64,000 bases of DNA, from the NCBI GenBank assembly GCA_950097015.1, contig CATNEN010000034.1, positions 4,030,001 to 4,094,000 on the forward strand, in the 5' to 3' direction. Shown piece by piece: positions 37,171-50,265 of the stretch (position 1 is the first letter of the stretch; each line of letters starts with the position of its first letter). The notes below the pieces were generated by a model. That model worked only from the letters and a program-made list of their open reading frames with translations. It was not told the origin of the DNA and searched no databases. The stretch is from Macrostomum hystrix. Taxonomy: Eukaryota; Animalia; Platyhelminthes. The translations under genes and the position numbers were made by a program.

Positions 37171-39519
37171 GACCTCAGCTACGTAAGCGATTGCAAACAG
37201 AGGACCACTTGCGCGAGGACAGTTTAGCAACCCAGCTTTCTCTGCTGCGAAACGTTTCTTGAATGTGACGAATAGCGTACTATTTTACCTTGGACTATTG
37301 TTTGTGCTCCTGTGGCTCTACACGCAGCTTCGAACTCGGATCCAAACCCGAGATGTCTTAGTGAGCTCTGATGCCTATACTGAGAAGAGCCCTTAGAGGA
37401 AGAAAAATTATTCTTGCGAACATCAAATAAAAACTAGTTTTGTTGTCAACCGCTTTGGTTCAAACGGAAGTTTTCGGGCTATGTCTTTTTTGTCTGACCA
37501 ACTGTACTGATCACTAGCTTGCCTACAATACCAAAAAGGGAGTTTTTTAAAATCCCATAAAAAACTCGGGATTTTACAAAAAATGTACAAGGAAAGTAAA
37601 ACTGCGCTAAATTTTGCCACCATTTAGGACATGCTTGAAGGCTGAGCTACTGCTGCTGGCTGCTGCTGCTGCTGCAAAGTTTTTTAGATAATTATTCAAT
37701 AAACTGTTGAAACCAAATGTTTGACTTTCTAGCCTTAACTTTAGGAGCCATAGCGATTAGAAACACCAACAGCTTCTAGGATATTTTTATACGCCCACAC
37801 ACATGCAGGGTTATTTCTATAAGGCTCATGAATTCTTTACTTAGACTATTAGGGGACTTGCAGTGCGTATGTGCATAAGGAGCCAGAACCCGCTGCAGTG
37901 TAGTAGTAGGATGCGGCCCAATAAACTTTTTTGGTCGATTACTGCATTACCTGTTATAGAGAGTGAAATTTGTGGGGTTAGAGGATGCAGCGAATGCTTT
38001 AAATCGACCTCGTGGCCAGAAAATCTTCAGCCTAAAGAAGTTAGAGAAAAAAAACAGCTAGTCTCTGAGCAGAGCTCAGAACTGGATGGAACAAAAATAC
38101 AGCAAACTGTGAAATAAGTCTCCCTGAGTTGTCAAGAAATAACAAATAATAGACTTGGCATCAGGTGATTCTCATCGTGAGTCCTGTTTTTTACAATTTA
38201 CCGTGCGTCAAAGTCACGCGCCAGTACTTTTACACATAGATATCTAGCCTAGAGAGAATATAGCACGAAATCGACAATTACACGTATTAAACACAAAATT
38301 TCGAAAAAACATTATTTCATAAACATCACCGACATAATGTGATCAGCATGGTGCTACGAAAAGTGGTTCAAAACATGATCTGACTATAAAAATGACTGCA
38401 GTAGAGTTATTTTTTTCGACGGAAATTTCGTTGTATCAATTACAATATATAGACTGTATTTCATAGTTCCAATTGATGCGATTTTAAATACAGCTCATGC
38501 TGCGATTCTAGCTGCGATTTATGCAGTGATTCTAGATACAGTTCCTGCTGCGATTCTAGATGCAGTTCCTGCTGCGATTCTAGATACAATTTAAGCTGTG
38601 ATTCTAGCCTAATGAGGAATTAGTTATTTTCCGCAAGTTCAAAGCCTAGTCAGATAGGTACCGAAAATTAATTCATTATCAACCAACTAAATAAGGGAAA
38701 ATTATTTTGATCGACTGACCGATCCTTATTTAAGAAGCCAAGGACAGTGACAGTCTGCAGCACGCCACACACCAGCAATTAAAATGACAAAAATCTTCAC
38801 AAATTAAGACTATAAAAATTAGAGATCACTCGTAGATTAAAGGAGCACACCTTAGATAATAGTGGCCAAATTTGAGAACATTAAACTGACAGCTGTATTC
38901 GCGTGACACACTGGATAAGATTGACAAGTTGGACAGGACAGACAGAGGTATTGATTCGCGACGCTCATTGTGTGAGCGCTTCGGTACAGTCTCTGACTGC
39001 CAACTGGGGCGTCAATTATATCAGTCTAGAGACCAGGATAATTCACCTCACAGGATGGACTAGAACAGGATGCAGGCACGACTCATATTAAGCTCAGGCC
39101 TTAGTCACCACTTGAAGATAGCTGCTGAAACTCAGCCACTCCCAGTAAACCTAGCAGCAAAAAACTCCGCAGCTAAAAAATATACCGCGTTCATTAGTCA
39201 CTCACTGTAGGCAGTGAATTTTATTTAAGTAGATTTCATATTTTCCTAGGCCTCGATTCGCACTGTTCCGGAAGGGGCGGCAAAGGCAAGGCGAACTTGT
39301 TTGTTTGAAGGCCGCACACTTTTACATCCCAAAAAATCGATAGAGGCGTACTTCAGAAACCAATGCAGCGGTGTGATCTGATACATGGACACTCGGGAGT
39401 TGTCTCTTCACTACAACTGTCTCTTGTCTCTTGCCTGATTCAGTGATTCAGATGTCTGAAAAAATACTCAAAATTATGAGCACATGATATAAAAGCCAGA
39501 CCTTAATTAGAAGAAGTAA

Positions 39520-41020
39520 TTGGAATAGTCGGTCCTGACACTGAAGATGTCAGTGGAATAGTCGGTCCTGAAACTGAAGATGTCAGTGGAATAGTCGGTC
39601 CTGACACTGAAGATGGCAGTGGAATAGTCGGTCCTGACACTGAAGATGTCAGTGGAATAGTCGGTCCTGACACTGAAGATGTCAGTGGAATAGTCGGTCC
39701 TGACACTGAAGATGGCAGTGGAATAGTCGGTCCTGACACTGAAGATGGCAGTGGAATAGTCGGTCCTGACACAGAAGATGTCAGTCGAATAGTCGGTCCT
39801 GACACAGAAGATGTCAGTGGAATAGTCGGTCCTGACACTGAAGATGTCAGTGGAATAGTCGGTCCTGACACAGAAGATGTCAGTGGAATAGTCGGTCCTG
39901 ACACTGAAGATGTCAGTGGAATTGTCGGTCCTGACACTGAAGATGTCAGTCGAATAGTCAGTCCTGACACTGAAGATCGCAGTGGAATAGTCGGTCCTGA
40001 CACTGAAGATGTCAGTGGAATAGTCGGTCCTGACACTGAAGATGTCAGTGGAATTGTCGGTCCTGACACTGAAGATGTCAGTCGAATAGTAAGTCCTGAC
40101 ACTGAAGATCGCAGTGGAATAGTCGGTCCTGACACTGAAGATGTCAGTCGAATAGTCGGTCCTGACACTGAAGATGTCAGTGGAATAGTCGGTCCTGACA
40201 CTGAAGATCGCAGTGGAATAGTCGGTCCTGACAGTGAAGATGTCAGTGGAATAGTCGGTCCTGACACTGAAGATGTCAGTGGAATAGTCGGTCCTGACAC
40301 TGAAGATGTCAGTGGAATAGTCGGTCCTGACACTGAAGATGGCAGTGGAATAGTCGGTCCTGACACTGAAGATGTCAGTCGAATAGTCGGTCCTGACACA
40401 GAAGATGTCAGTGGAATAGTCGGTCCTGACACTGAAGATGTCAGTGGAATAGTCGGTCCTGACACAGAAGATGTCAGTGGAATAGTCGGTCCTGACACTG
40501 AAGATGTCAGTGGAATTGTCGGTCCTGACACTGAAGATGTCAGTCGAATAGTCAGTCCTGACACTGAAGATCGCAGTGGAATAGTCGGTCCTGACACTGA
40601 AGATGTCAGTCGAATAGTCGGTCCTGACACTGAAGATGTCAGTGGAATTGTCGGTCCTGACACTGAAGATGTCAGTCAAATAGTCAGTCCTGACACTGAA
40701 GATCGCAGTGGAATAGTCGGTCCTGACACTGAAGATGTCAGTCGAATAGTCGGTCCTGACACTGAAGATGTCAGTCGAATAGTCAGTCCTGACACTGAAG
40801 ATCGCAGTGGAATAGTCGGTCCTGACACAGAAGATGTCAGTGGAATAGTCGGTCCTGACACAGAAGATGTCAGTGGAATAGTCCGTCCTGACGCTGAAGA
40901 TGGCAGTGGAATAGTCGATCCTGACAGTGAAGATGTCAGTGGAATAGTCGGTCCTGACACAGAGGATGTCAGTGGAATAGTCGGTCCTGACACTGAAGAT
41001 GTCAGTGGAATAGTCGGTTT
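39520..41020. repeat. 33-bp minisatellite (GGAATAGTCGGTCCTGACACTGAAGATGTCAGT)n
   Basis: About 45 copies; each carries an internal inverted repeat CTGACA-N7-TGTCAG. Confidence 0.96.
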
Positions 41021-41699
41021 TGAAGATGTCTGAAAAAAAGAGTCCTGTTAAAAGACTTGCGAACTAACAAAAGCAAAACGCAAACAATGAAAAAGAAATA
41101 GCTGAATTAATTTATCCTTCCTCTAGTGAAAACACAACGAGTCACAAAAAGCAAGCGCATAGATCATGTCAGCTATGTTGTTTAGATACTATATATTACT
41201 ATTCAGTAAACGCATCATTAATAACACACACTAAACAACAACCGAATAGCAGAAACAAAAGCAGATTAAAACGCAAACGGAAGCAGAGACAGAAGAATTG
41301 AAAGGACAACAAATGCTTAAACAATTTCCCATTATAATAGTGCTTGAAGTTAAAAAGTCTGAATTTTTCTAAAATCAAGCATCTTATCACTGCAATATGA
41401 AATTCTCAAATTGTAGCCCAACACCATTCAACGCGTGATTCTGCTTTCGCACTGCTGCTTTTACAAGAAAAACACGAATTAATAATGAACGATTTGCCAA
41501 TGAAAAAAAATCACAGGCTCTTCGAGAATAAAATAAAAAGAAATGTTTTTTCGTCTCTAGTTAAATTTAGCGTAAAATGAATTATTCCTTATTCAAATTT
41601 GTTTTAAAAAATAACTGACTACCCCCGCCTAACTAGATGTGCAGCCGACAGCACAGCCGCAGCCCGGCGCATCTGAAGGCTGCGTACGGCTGTTCAGTC

Positions 41700-41830
41700 C
41701 ACGTACTGGGTGGATGAGGATGCCACACCCACCCTCTATTTTAATTTAACAGCTGGGTGAATTGTCCCAGTGGAGTCGAGAATCGAACCCCCGACCATGT
41801 CGTGAGTCCGACACCCAAACAACTAGGCTA
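41700..41830 (-). mobile_element. tRNA-headed SINE fragment, family C
   Basis: The minus strand reads GTCGGACTCACGAC..GGTTCGATTCTCGACTC..CACCCAGCTGTTAAAT. Related plus-strand copies at about 47610-47690 and 63570-63700. Confidence 0.65.
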
Positions 41831-42751
41831 TGTACATAAAAATGTAGGCATTAATTATTCCTAAGGTAGTCTGCTCTGCAAAAGTCATGTCATGGTGTTA
41901 GACATAGCTCGTAGTTATCGTTAGAATATATTAGTTAGTGATGGATAAATTATGTAATGATAAATATAAGCATATATTACGTATGGTAATCTTTTACGCA
42001 AGTACATCGCAAAATATCATGTCACAAGAACAGTGCTTCTTAAACATTTAAAAACCAATTTCAAGCAAAATAAATTATAGAAGTGTTGAATAACAAATTT
42101 AAGTTTTTTGTAAATAACTCCGGATAGCAGTCTAGAAGCTTCAGGTTAAAGAAGACAACAAATAAAGAAGGGGCTAATGACCATGAAGGGTAGGTGGAGG
42201 GGTAATGACCATATTACAAAAGTGCTATCAATGCAAACGTGACGAATATCTTGTTGAATAATAATAAAAACAAACTATAATCAAGAAACATTAAATCAGA
42301 AATCAAAGGACAGTTGGTTATATATTTTAAATAGTTTGATTCAGCTATAGCAGTATTCAAGCAACTGAAAAAAATAACAATTAAATCGATCAAATAACAC
42401 AGGTCTAGCTTTTTTACTTTTTAACCGCCTTTAATACAAACAACTTAGCGAGATAATCAAAATCTGATGGTGAAATAACAAAATCTTAACACGATATACC
42501 AAAATCTCACGGTGAGATACCGAAGTCTCACGGTGAGATACCAAAATCTCACAGTGAGATACCAAAATCTAACCGTGCTCTTCAATAACACAGTGACATC
42601 AAGGCACAGATCCAATCCTAATTTTGGATGTTCTAAATCTCATCTCAGTCAAAGAACTCCGAGTGAATATGACGCAAAATCTGACTGCAGAAGATGCTCT
42701 TAAAAAATGGAATCGCATTCAGCCAAAAAGACAAAGGCGCGGCGCATCGTG

Positions 42752-45700
42752 TCACTCTTTCTTCAGTCGCAGACGCTCGTTGATGGCCTTGCACCGCTGG
42801 GCGCACTCCTCGGGTGAGCGGCTGCCAACAGCGGCGGCCACCTGGTCCCAACGGTCTCGCGCACCCTTGGGAAACTGGCGCAGGGCCGACTCCAGCTGCG
42901 ACTGCTCGGCCTGGCTCCAGGGCCGGTTGCGCTGCTTCTTCGATTCGGAAACTGCGTCATCGTCGGCTTCTTGGACGTCGGCAGAGTCGGAAGAGGCGAC
43001 GCCTGTCGTACGACGCTCATCGGCGCCCTTCTGCTTCTGTCGCCGATTCCGCCGTTTCCTACTAGACCGGACGCCATTGTCCTCATCCGAGTCTTCATTG
43101 CCTGAATCGCTGTCTTCGGAGTCGCCGCAGACAGCCGCGCCGTCCGTATTGATCTCGAATGCGGCGTCAAGGCTAGCTGCTGCCTGGCGCCGAATCTGCT
43201 GCTCAGTGTCGCGGGCGCGCGCCGTCACATCCGGCACGGCTCGGTTCAGCAGGGCGGCGATCTTCTCCCAGCGATTCGGTGTGCCGCCGGGGAATCTGGC
43301 AACAGCCCGAACCAGCAGCTGCTGCTCCGCTTCGCTCCAGGGGCCGTCGTTCAACGGCTCCGCCGACGTCGTGGACGCGGATTCGCCGTTGATTGCCGCT
43401 GGCAGTTTTAGTCCAGCCGTTGACGATGCGGAAGCTCCGACGTTCTGCTTGCCTAGCAGCTGCTGCTGCACCTGAGCCAACTGCTGCTCGCGTCTCTCCT
43501 GCTTCAGCTTTTTCCTCTGCTCCCGTCTGTGGGCTTCCTCTGCGGCCGCCTCCGCCTCCTCTTCCGCCGCGCGCTTCAGATCCAACTGCACCTCGCGCCG
43601 ATAGGCCAGGTATTCGCGGCTGAACTGCCAGATTGCTGAGCAGCCTCGCACGATGGCGAACGGCAAGAGGTCGCGCCAGGTTGGGCCAGCTAGCGGCTCC
43701 TGTTGCAATTCTTCTTCTAATTGCTTCTGCTTCTTGCGACTCTTCTTACGAAATAGGTCGTCGAAGACGAGTTTGCGCTCGAAGTAGACGCCCCAGAGGA
43801 CCAGGTAGTGGCCTACAGTGAATGCCACAGAGAACACTATCATTACCTCCAATAGGCTCATTTTGCGCCACTTGCGATAATAGTACATAGGTGTGCGCCA
43901 GTCCGGCAGGCCGTGGTCCAGGATCTCATCGTACCTATAGGGAACATAGGGGATCTGGGGATAATTCGAAAACAATTGCTTCCCTCAGGCTGGGAATCGA
44001 ACCCCAGACCTCTCGGTTAGAAGTTCGAAGCCCGCCTGCTTTGTGTTCAGCGAATTGGAATAAAGCACAGAGTGAACTTACAGCAAAGTTCGGCATTAAA
44101 AGTTATTTTATTTATTTAAATACCGCATACGTGAATTTTTTTCCAAAAACTAAATTGAGGATCATTGTTATAATTTTTAAAGCTAATATTAGAGATTGCG
44201 TAGGTCCAACAAATGTAAATTCACTTTCAAGCCAAGTTTAGCAGAAATTGTTGAATATTTTATGCAGAGTTCAAAATAAATTCGTGCATTTTGTTAGTAT
44301 TCACTGACTCAATGCAGACAATAACTAGAGTGACGTATTTCCAGTAAAAAAACAACAGCAATTTTTACTTTTATGCTTGATTGAATAGAGATTCAAGCTA
44401 GGAGATTGTATATTGATAATGGCAACGAGACAAGAATCTAAATGTAGCATAGCATCGCTGGAATCAGTCAACCATGCTAGCAGACCAATCTAGCTCTGTT
44501 GGCTTTTGGTAAAACTGTTAAAAAGCTAACTGCACCGGTTTAAAATTCTGTCCTATCCTCGTGGTTCCACTAAAAGGGACTGTTTTGATACGGAAAATTA
44601 TTTAAAAGCTAAAGAAGAACAGAAAAGGGAAATAAAGAAGTAGCTGGATGGATAGCAAGACGGGAGAAAGAAGAAGTTTATTAGATAAACATCCAGTTTA
44701 ATAGATAAACATCCAGTTTAAAAGATAAACATCCAGTTTAATAGATAAACATCCAGTCAGTCTAACAGACAAACAGCCAAACAGTCTAACAGACAAACAG
44801 CCAAACAGTCTAACAGACAAACAGCCAAACAGACAAACAGCCAAACAGCCAAACAGTCTAACAGACTAACAGACAAACAGCCAAACAGCCTAACAGACAA
44901 ACAGCCAAACAGTCTAACAGACAAACAGCCAAACAGCCTAACAGACAAAGAGCCAAACAGCCAAACAGCCAAACAGTTTAACAGACCAACAGCCAAACAG
45001 TCTAACAGATAAACAGCCAAACAGTCTAACAGACAAACAGCCAAACAGCCTAACAGACAAAGAGCCAAACAGCCAAACAGCCAAACAGCCTAACAGACAA
45101 ACAGCCAAACAGCCAAACAGCCAAACAGTTTAACAGACCAACAGCCAAACAGTCTAACAGATAAACAGCCAAACAGTCTAACAGACAAACAGCCAAACAG
45201 CCTAACAGACAATGAGCCAAACAGCCAAACAGCCAAACAGTTTAACAGACCAACAGCCAAACAGTCTAACAGATAAACAGCCAAACAGTCTAACAGACAA
45301 ACAGCCAAACAGCCTAACAGACAAAGAGCCAAACAGCCAAACAGACAAACAGCCAAACAGTTTAACAGACCAACAGCCAAACAGCCAAACAGACAAACAG
45401 TTTAACAGACCAACTGCCAAACAGTCTAACAGACAAACAGCCAAACAGCCTAACAGACAAACAGCCAAACAGTTTAACAGACAAACAGCCAAACAGCCAA
45501 ACAGTCTGACAGACAAACAGCCAAACAGTCTAACAGACAAACAGCCAAACAGACAAACAGCCAACCAGTTTAGCGAACCCGCAGACAAAGCGAACGCACC
45601 TCAGTCGGAGAGTTTCATCCTTGAGAACTTCATTGATGGCGTTCAATTTGCGAAAATAGTCCACCGTGGCTTCGTCGTGTTTACCCAACCGGTCCGGGTG

Positions 45701-45922
45701 GAACTGCAGGGAAATTTTTCGGAACGCTCGGCGAATCTCTTGACTAGTGGCCTGCCGATTAGTGCCCAGCAACTCGTAGAAGTTACCGTTCACCTCTTCG
45801 ACTAAATCGAATAGCTGCAGCTCGCGCTGATCGAACGCATCAGCTGATGTTGCCAGCAGTAGAATCGCCGACAATGCCGCTAGCAGCGGCGACGCGAATA
45901 GCACTGGATTTGCTGGTCGCAT
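42752..45922 (-). CDS. DNAJC1: DnaJ homolog subfamily C member 1 (signal peptide, J-domain, TM, two SANT/Myb domains)
   Basis: Exons 45922-45600 and 43934-42752 (phase 2). HPD motif, RYDEILDHGLPDWRTPMYYYR, TM segment, and SANT repeats PWSEAEQQLL..RWEKIA and PWSQAEQSQLE..RWDQVA. Confidence 0.95.
43985..44060 (-). pseudogene. Degenerate tRNA-like sequence or SINE head in the DNAJC1 intron
   Basis: The minus strand has GGTTCGATTCCC (T-loop) and CTTCTAAC; acceptor and D stems are not convincing. Confidence 0.35.
44680..45570. repeat. Compound intronic repeat: 21-bp unit (TTTAATAGATAAACATCCAGT) x4, then an 8/10-bp ACAGCCAA/ACAGTCTA/ACAGACAA array
   Basis: Directly visible. Confidence 0.93.
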
Positions 45923-46114
45923 AGCAACACTGTAAAAAATTAATGTTATCTGTTATTACTACACACAACAAACAAGTTATGAAATTCCTTTTCGTTGTTT
46001 AACAAAATTTGACATTTAATAGTCGTATTAGAGATAGATTTATTAGAGACACCGAACAATTAAAATTTTACACCCGACGAAAAAGCAATCAAAATGGTAC
46101 GGATAGACAACAGA

Positions 46115-46660
46115 AGCATCTATATGGAAGAGATGACACCGAAAAGACAGAAGAAAAGATGAAACCGACAAGACAGAAGAAGACATGAAAATGATAAGAC
46201 AGAAGAAGATATGACACCGAGAAGACTGAAGAAGAGATGACACCGAGAAGACTGAAGAAGAGATGACACCGAGAAGACTGAAGAAGAGATGACACCGAGA
46301 AGACTGAAGAAGAGATGACACCGAGAAGACAGAAGAAGAGATGAAAATGATAAGACAGTAGAAGAGATGACACCGAGATGACGGAAGAAGAGATGACACC
46401 GAGATGACGGAAGAAGAGATGAAAATGATAAGACAGTAGAAGAGATGACACCGATAAGACAGTAGAAGAGATGACACCGATAAGACAGAAGAAGAGATGA
46501 CACCGATAAGACAGAAGAAGAGATGGCACCGATAAGACAGAAGAAGAGATGACACCGATAAGACAGAAGAAGAGATGACACCGATAAGACAGAAGAAGAG
46601 ATGAAATGATAAGACAGTAGAAGAGATGACACCGATAAGACTGAAGAGATGACACCGAAA
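46115..46660. repeat. 26-bp minisatellite (TAAGACAGAAGAAGAGATGACACCGA)n between ETFRF1 and DNAJC1
   Basis: About 20 degenerate copies. Confidence 0.92.
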
Positions 46661-47172
46661 TATACCAATTCTAAAAATCACTATGGGGATAGGATCTTTC
46701 ACAAGCCCTAAACTTCCCGATTCCTTAAAGCACTATTCTAAACGTACTACTAGCAGTAATATTCATGAATCAGACATAAAGCTGAAAATATGACAAGGAG
46801 TCTTTAATAGACAAGCAATACAAGCAGCTAGCACACTATCATTTATTTGGCAAACAAATGGATATCCGTGGTTATTGAGTTATCAAGTTATAGAAAATCC
46901 AAAACATTTACACAGAATGACATGAATCTTACTAACATTAATTGTTAATAGCCTCACGCCGTTCTGTAACTAAGGTTGATTTTCTGAAAGACAGCATATT
47001 TACACCGACTAATAGAGTTGTCAATTACTTATTTATATTGCCAATAAAAAGTGATTATGATTCTGGTTGGATGGCAGGTATTTACACAGCAAGACGTATA
47101 CTACTTGTGTATACGATTAGAAATTAGCATGAGTCGAATTTAGAAAGAATAAGCAACTCAAATGGGGATAAT

Positions 47173-47514
47173 TTAAGGTTTCGTTGGTGCTTCAAACTCG
47201 GAACTGTTACTGTTAATAGTAGGGCCAGTAGCAGACGCATTGCCTACTTCGCAATCCTTCTCGTAGTATCTGTGCTTCAGGGCGCGATATTTGCGCAGCA
47301 TGTACAACGCTTCCAATTCTTTGATAACGAATTCGCCCCGACCAATCAGGACGCGAATCTGTTCCGGATTAGTAACGCTGCTATTCTTTATAAATACAGC
47401 CTTTAGACGATCGCGAAAATATCCGTAGCCTTTGGGATAATCGCGGCCCATATATAATAGGTTCTTGTAGAGTGCGATCACCTGAGAGCGAAGCTGCGGC
47501 GGTGTAGACGCCAT
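47173..47514 (-). CDS. ETFRF1: Electron transfer flavoprotein regulatory factor 1 (LYRM5), single exon
   Basis: [53 protein letters not shown] matches LYRM5. The ATG is at 47514 (the track start at 47517 is TTG). Confidence 0.93.
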   Translation of the reverse strand: MASTPPQLRSQVIALYKNLLYMGRDYPKGYGYFRDRLKAVFIKNSSVTNPEQIRVLIGRGEFVIKELEALYMLRKYRALKHRYYEKDCEVGNASATGPTINSNSSEFEAPTKP

Positions 47515-47945
47515 CAAGGATGGCTGGCAACTACTGCTGGAGTAGGGGAAAGATTCTGCTTGAATGAGTTTTTATTGCATATCAAATCTGGATTTCATCT
47601 TTCCTAGCTGTACGTCGGACTCACAACTTTGAGGACTGTTATAGCACTATTCATTGCTTATGCTCACCCAGCTGTTAAATTCACCTAACCTGTATGCATT
47701 GATACGTTCATTAATAAATTATCTTCTACTCGTCTCTTCAAATAACCTAGCTTACGTATAACTTTTATTAATGAATAAGAAAACAATAAGATAATGCCAA
47801 TTAGGAACTTTTATTTACTACATACAGAACTAGGCTTACAAGACACAGATGGAGACAATTCGCTCGTAGCCTTAATTTTAACAGCGCTAACATTAAAAGA
47901 CACAATATATACACATGTTTAAAAAAGGTTTATAAAAGCACAAAG

Positions 47946-49328
47946 CTAACTATTTGATATCGGTTTAAAATCCTCGCCATTCAGTCGCATCTGGCCAGTG
48001 AATCGATGTACTTTTATATTTACTGGCCGTTTCAGCATGCGCTCAGCGTGGCCCCTGCTGGCCAGGTGTTGTCGCCAGGCAGTCTCGGACACTGTGGCAA
48101 AAGCGCATCGCAAACAGTCGAATCTGCGCTGCCTCTTGGTGCAACCGGCCTCGTGCACTGTCAAGGACTCGCGCTTCGAGGAGCGATGGCCGCAGAAGTA
48201 GCGGCAGGAGTACAGGGGCTGAATGTTGGAGTGCGCCTGCAATACAGTTGACGGAGTGAACTTCTGCAACACACCTGAGATTCATTCTGCTATCGTTTCT
48301 CATTCTGCCCCTTCACCTCCATCCAACAAATTATCACCTCCACCCACCTTGATTCTTTCTGCCCCGTCACCTCGCCCACCTTGATTCATTCTGCACCATC
48401 ACGGAGGTACGCCACTCACCTGCCGTCTGTGATTAACAATAGCCTGATAGGTGCGACAAACAAACGGACAAAACGAGCATTTGAAGCAGAGCTCCTTGTG
48501 AGTGGAACAGTGAGCAAAGTACGAGCGCTGACTGTCGCTGGTAAAATTGCACTTTTCGCAGCCGAATCTCGGGGCAAGCGGCTTCTCTTCTTCGACAATT
48601 TCGACGTCGCTGTCAGCGCCACCGACCCCGCCGGCGGATCCGCCACCGCTGCCAGCGTTGCCAACAGTCGCCGAGTTTGCCGCGGAGACGGACGGCACCG
48701 ATTCAACTAGGCTGGCTAAACTAGCCGAGTGTTTCGCATCGCAATGCGACACTGCAGCATCGGCTGAGTCAAATGCCAATCGGGAACCCGCAGGCAGGCA
48801 ACAAAGACTGCAGTTCAAGCGGCTACCCAGGTGAAATGCTAGCAGGTGTTCGGCTAGCAATCGATCGTTTGGGAAGCGACCGCAATTGGCTGATCTGCAA
48901 GCTGCCAGTGGGCAACGAACAACTGGACGGCTCTGCTGAACAGAAGCAGCAGAGGAGGAGGAGGCCACAACTGGTGGAATAGGTCGACTAGAAGACACTG
49001 TCGAAGGAGCGTCGATAATTTGTACATCATCGTCGTCTGTTTCAACGCGTCGCCGAATCCTATTCTGCTGACAGTTGGTTCCGTTACTATGTACCCTACT
49101 AGCTATAGGGTAATTAATAGCTCTGCGATTGATTACATTACCTCTAATGCTTGTAACAGTCACTCTAGGGCCGCTAACACTGTGGCCATTGCTGGTAATG
49201 CTGACTCGGCTAGCATTGACACTGGAGTCCTCTTCATCATCGTCATTGATGACAAAAATAATGGGTTGTTGGGCACCATTCTGGTGACGACTGCCAGCAT
49301 GGGACAGTGCTGCTGACTGCTGAAGTGA
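47946..49328 (-). CDS. Multi-C2H2 zinc-finger protein with three SIM-like motifs; start codon not found in these exons
   Basis: Exons 49328-49142, 49102-48420 (the 39-nt intron between them is open in frame) and 48236-47946. The last junction completes NHRRQ|AH (H-x4-H finger). About six C2H2/C2HC-like fingers. Confidence 0.75.
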
Positions 49329-50265
49329 CTGAAAAATATGAGTTTTTGAATCAGGAAAGTAACTACATTAAGAGATTTTTTGCAACTGTTTATCCTAGGG
49401 TGACATTTAGAATCACAAGAATCACAAGATGGTAAAACAAATTTTGCATGAAAATTTGCTATTAAATTTGACAAATTACTGGGGATACATAAAACTTTTT
49501 ATCTATCGAAACTTGTATTGGTTACTTAAATGTACATGCAACCATTGGCTAATAATTGCCAATGTCATGATAGCTAGTTAAAAAAAGAAGTGTAAAAGTT
49601 TTGTAAAGTAATTAGCCTAGACATATAATTTTCTTTATCTGCTAAGACAACTACATCATTCAGTAATAACAAAGACTTCAAATCTAAAATCACATAAATG
49701 TACTTGAGTGTTTAGAAATATTAAACAAGTAAATTTAGGTTGAAAATTAATTAAAAAACGATTCTATAACATAGAATTGTCTCAGTCCTATAGCAAATAA
49801 TTAAGGGCTAACTAATAATATACATAGTATACTTATGCACTTAGCCCCACTAGGCATAATCTTTTAAATATCTAGCATTATATAGTATAGTCAATTTAAT
49901 TCAAAATAGGCCTAGCTAAATCCAATTAGTTTTTTTCAATGAATTTAAACCTTTGGCCTAGGGGAACTTATTTTATGCATGAATTTAAAAAGTGCTTTAC
50001 ATTGTAAGTTGCAGGCATAAGTGACTAACAATATGCCATTTTGGCATTTTTGTCAATAGCACAAGCTTTATAACTACTGATGGAGAAGAAGCCAATCAAT
50101 GGCATAGGGCATATGTAAAGATTGACAATAAAAGGAACTATCTTGTCATACAAGCAGGTGACTTAGAGCCAGCTTGAGTGTGGAGACTGTCATATATTGC
50201 TTAGTGGCTCAATATAAAACATTGAAACATTAATATTACATTCAAAGGCTAGGCCTATATGAAAC

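Noticed and set aside
35949-37230. Long ORFs in other frames and strands over the neuropeptide repeat
   Set aside because: They are shadows of the coding repeat. Only the 36076 frame has a signal peptide and processing sites, and the nucleotide variants are silent in that frame.
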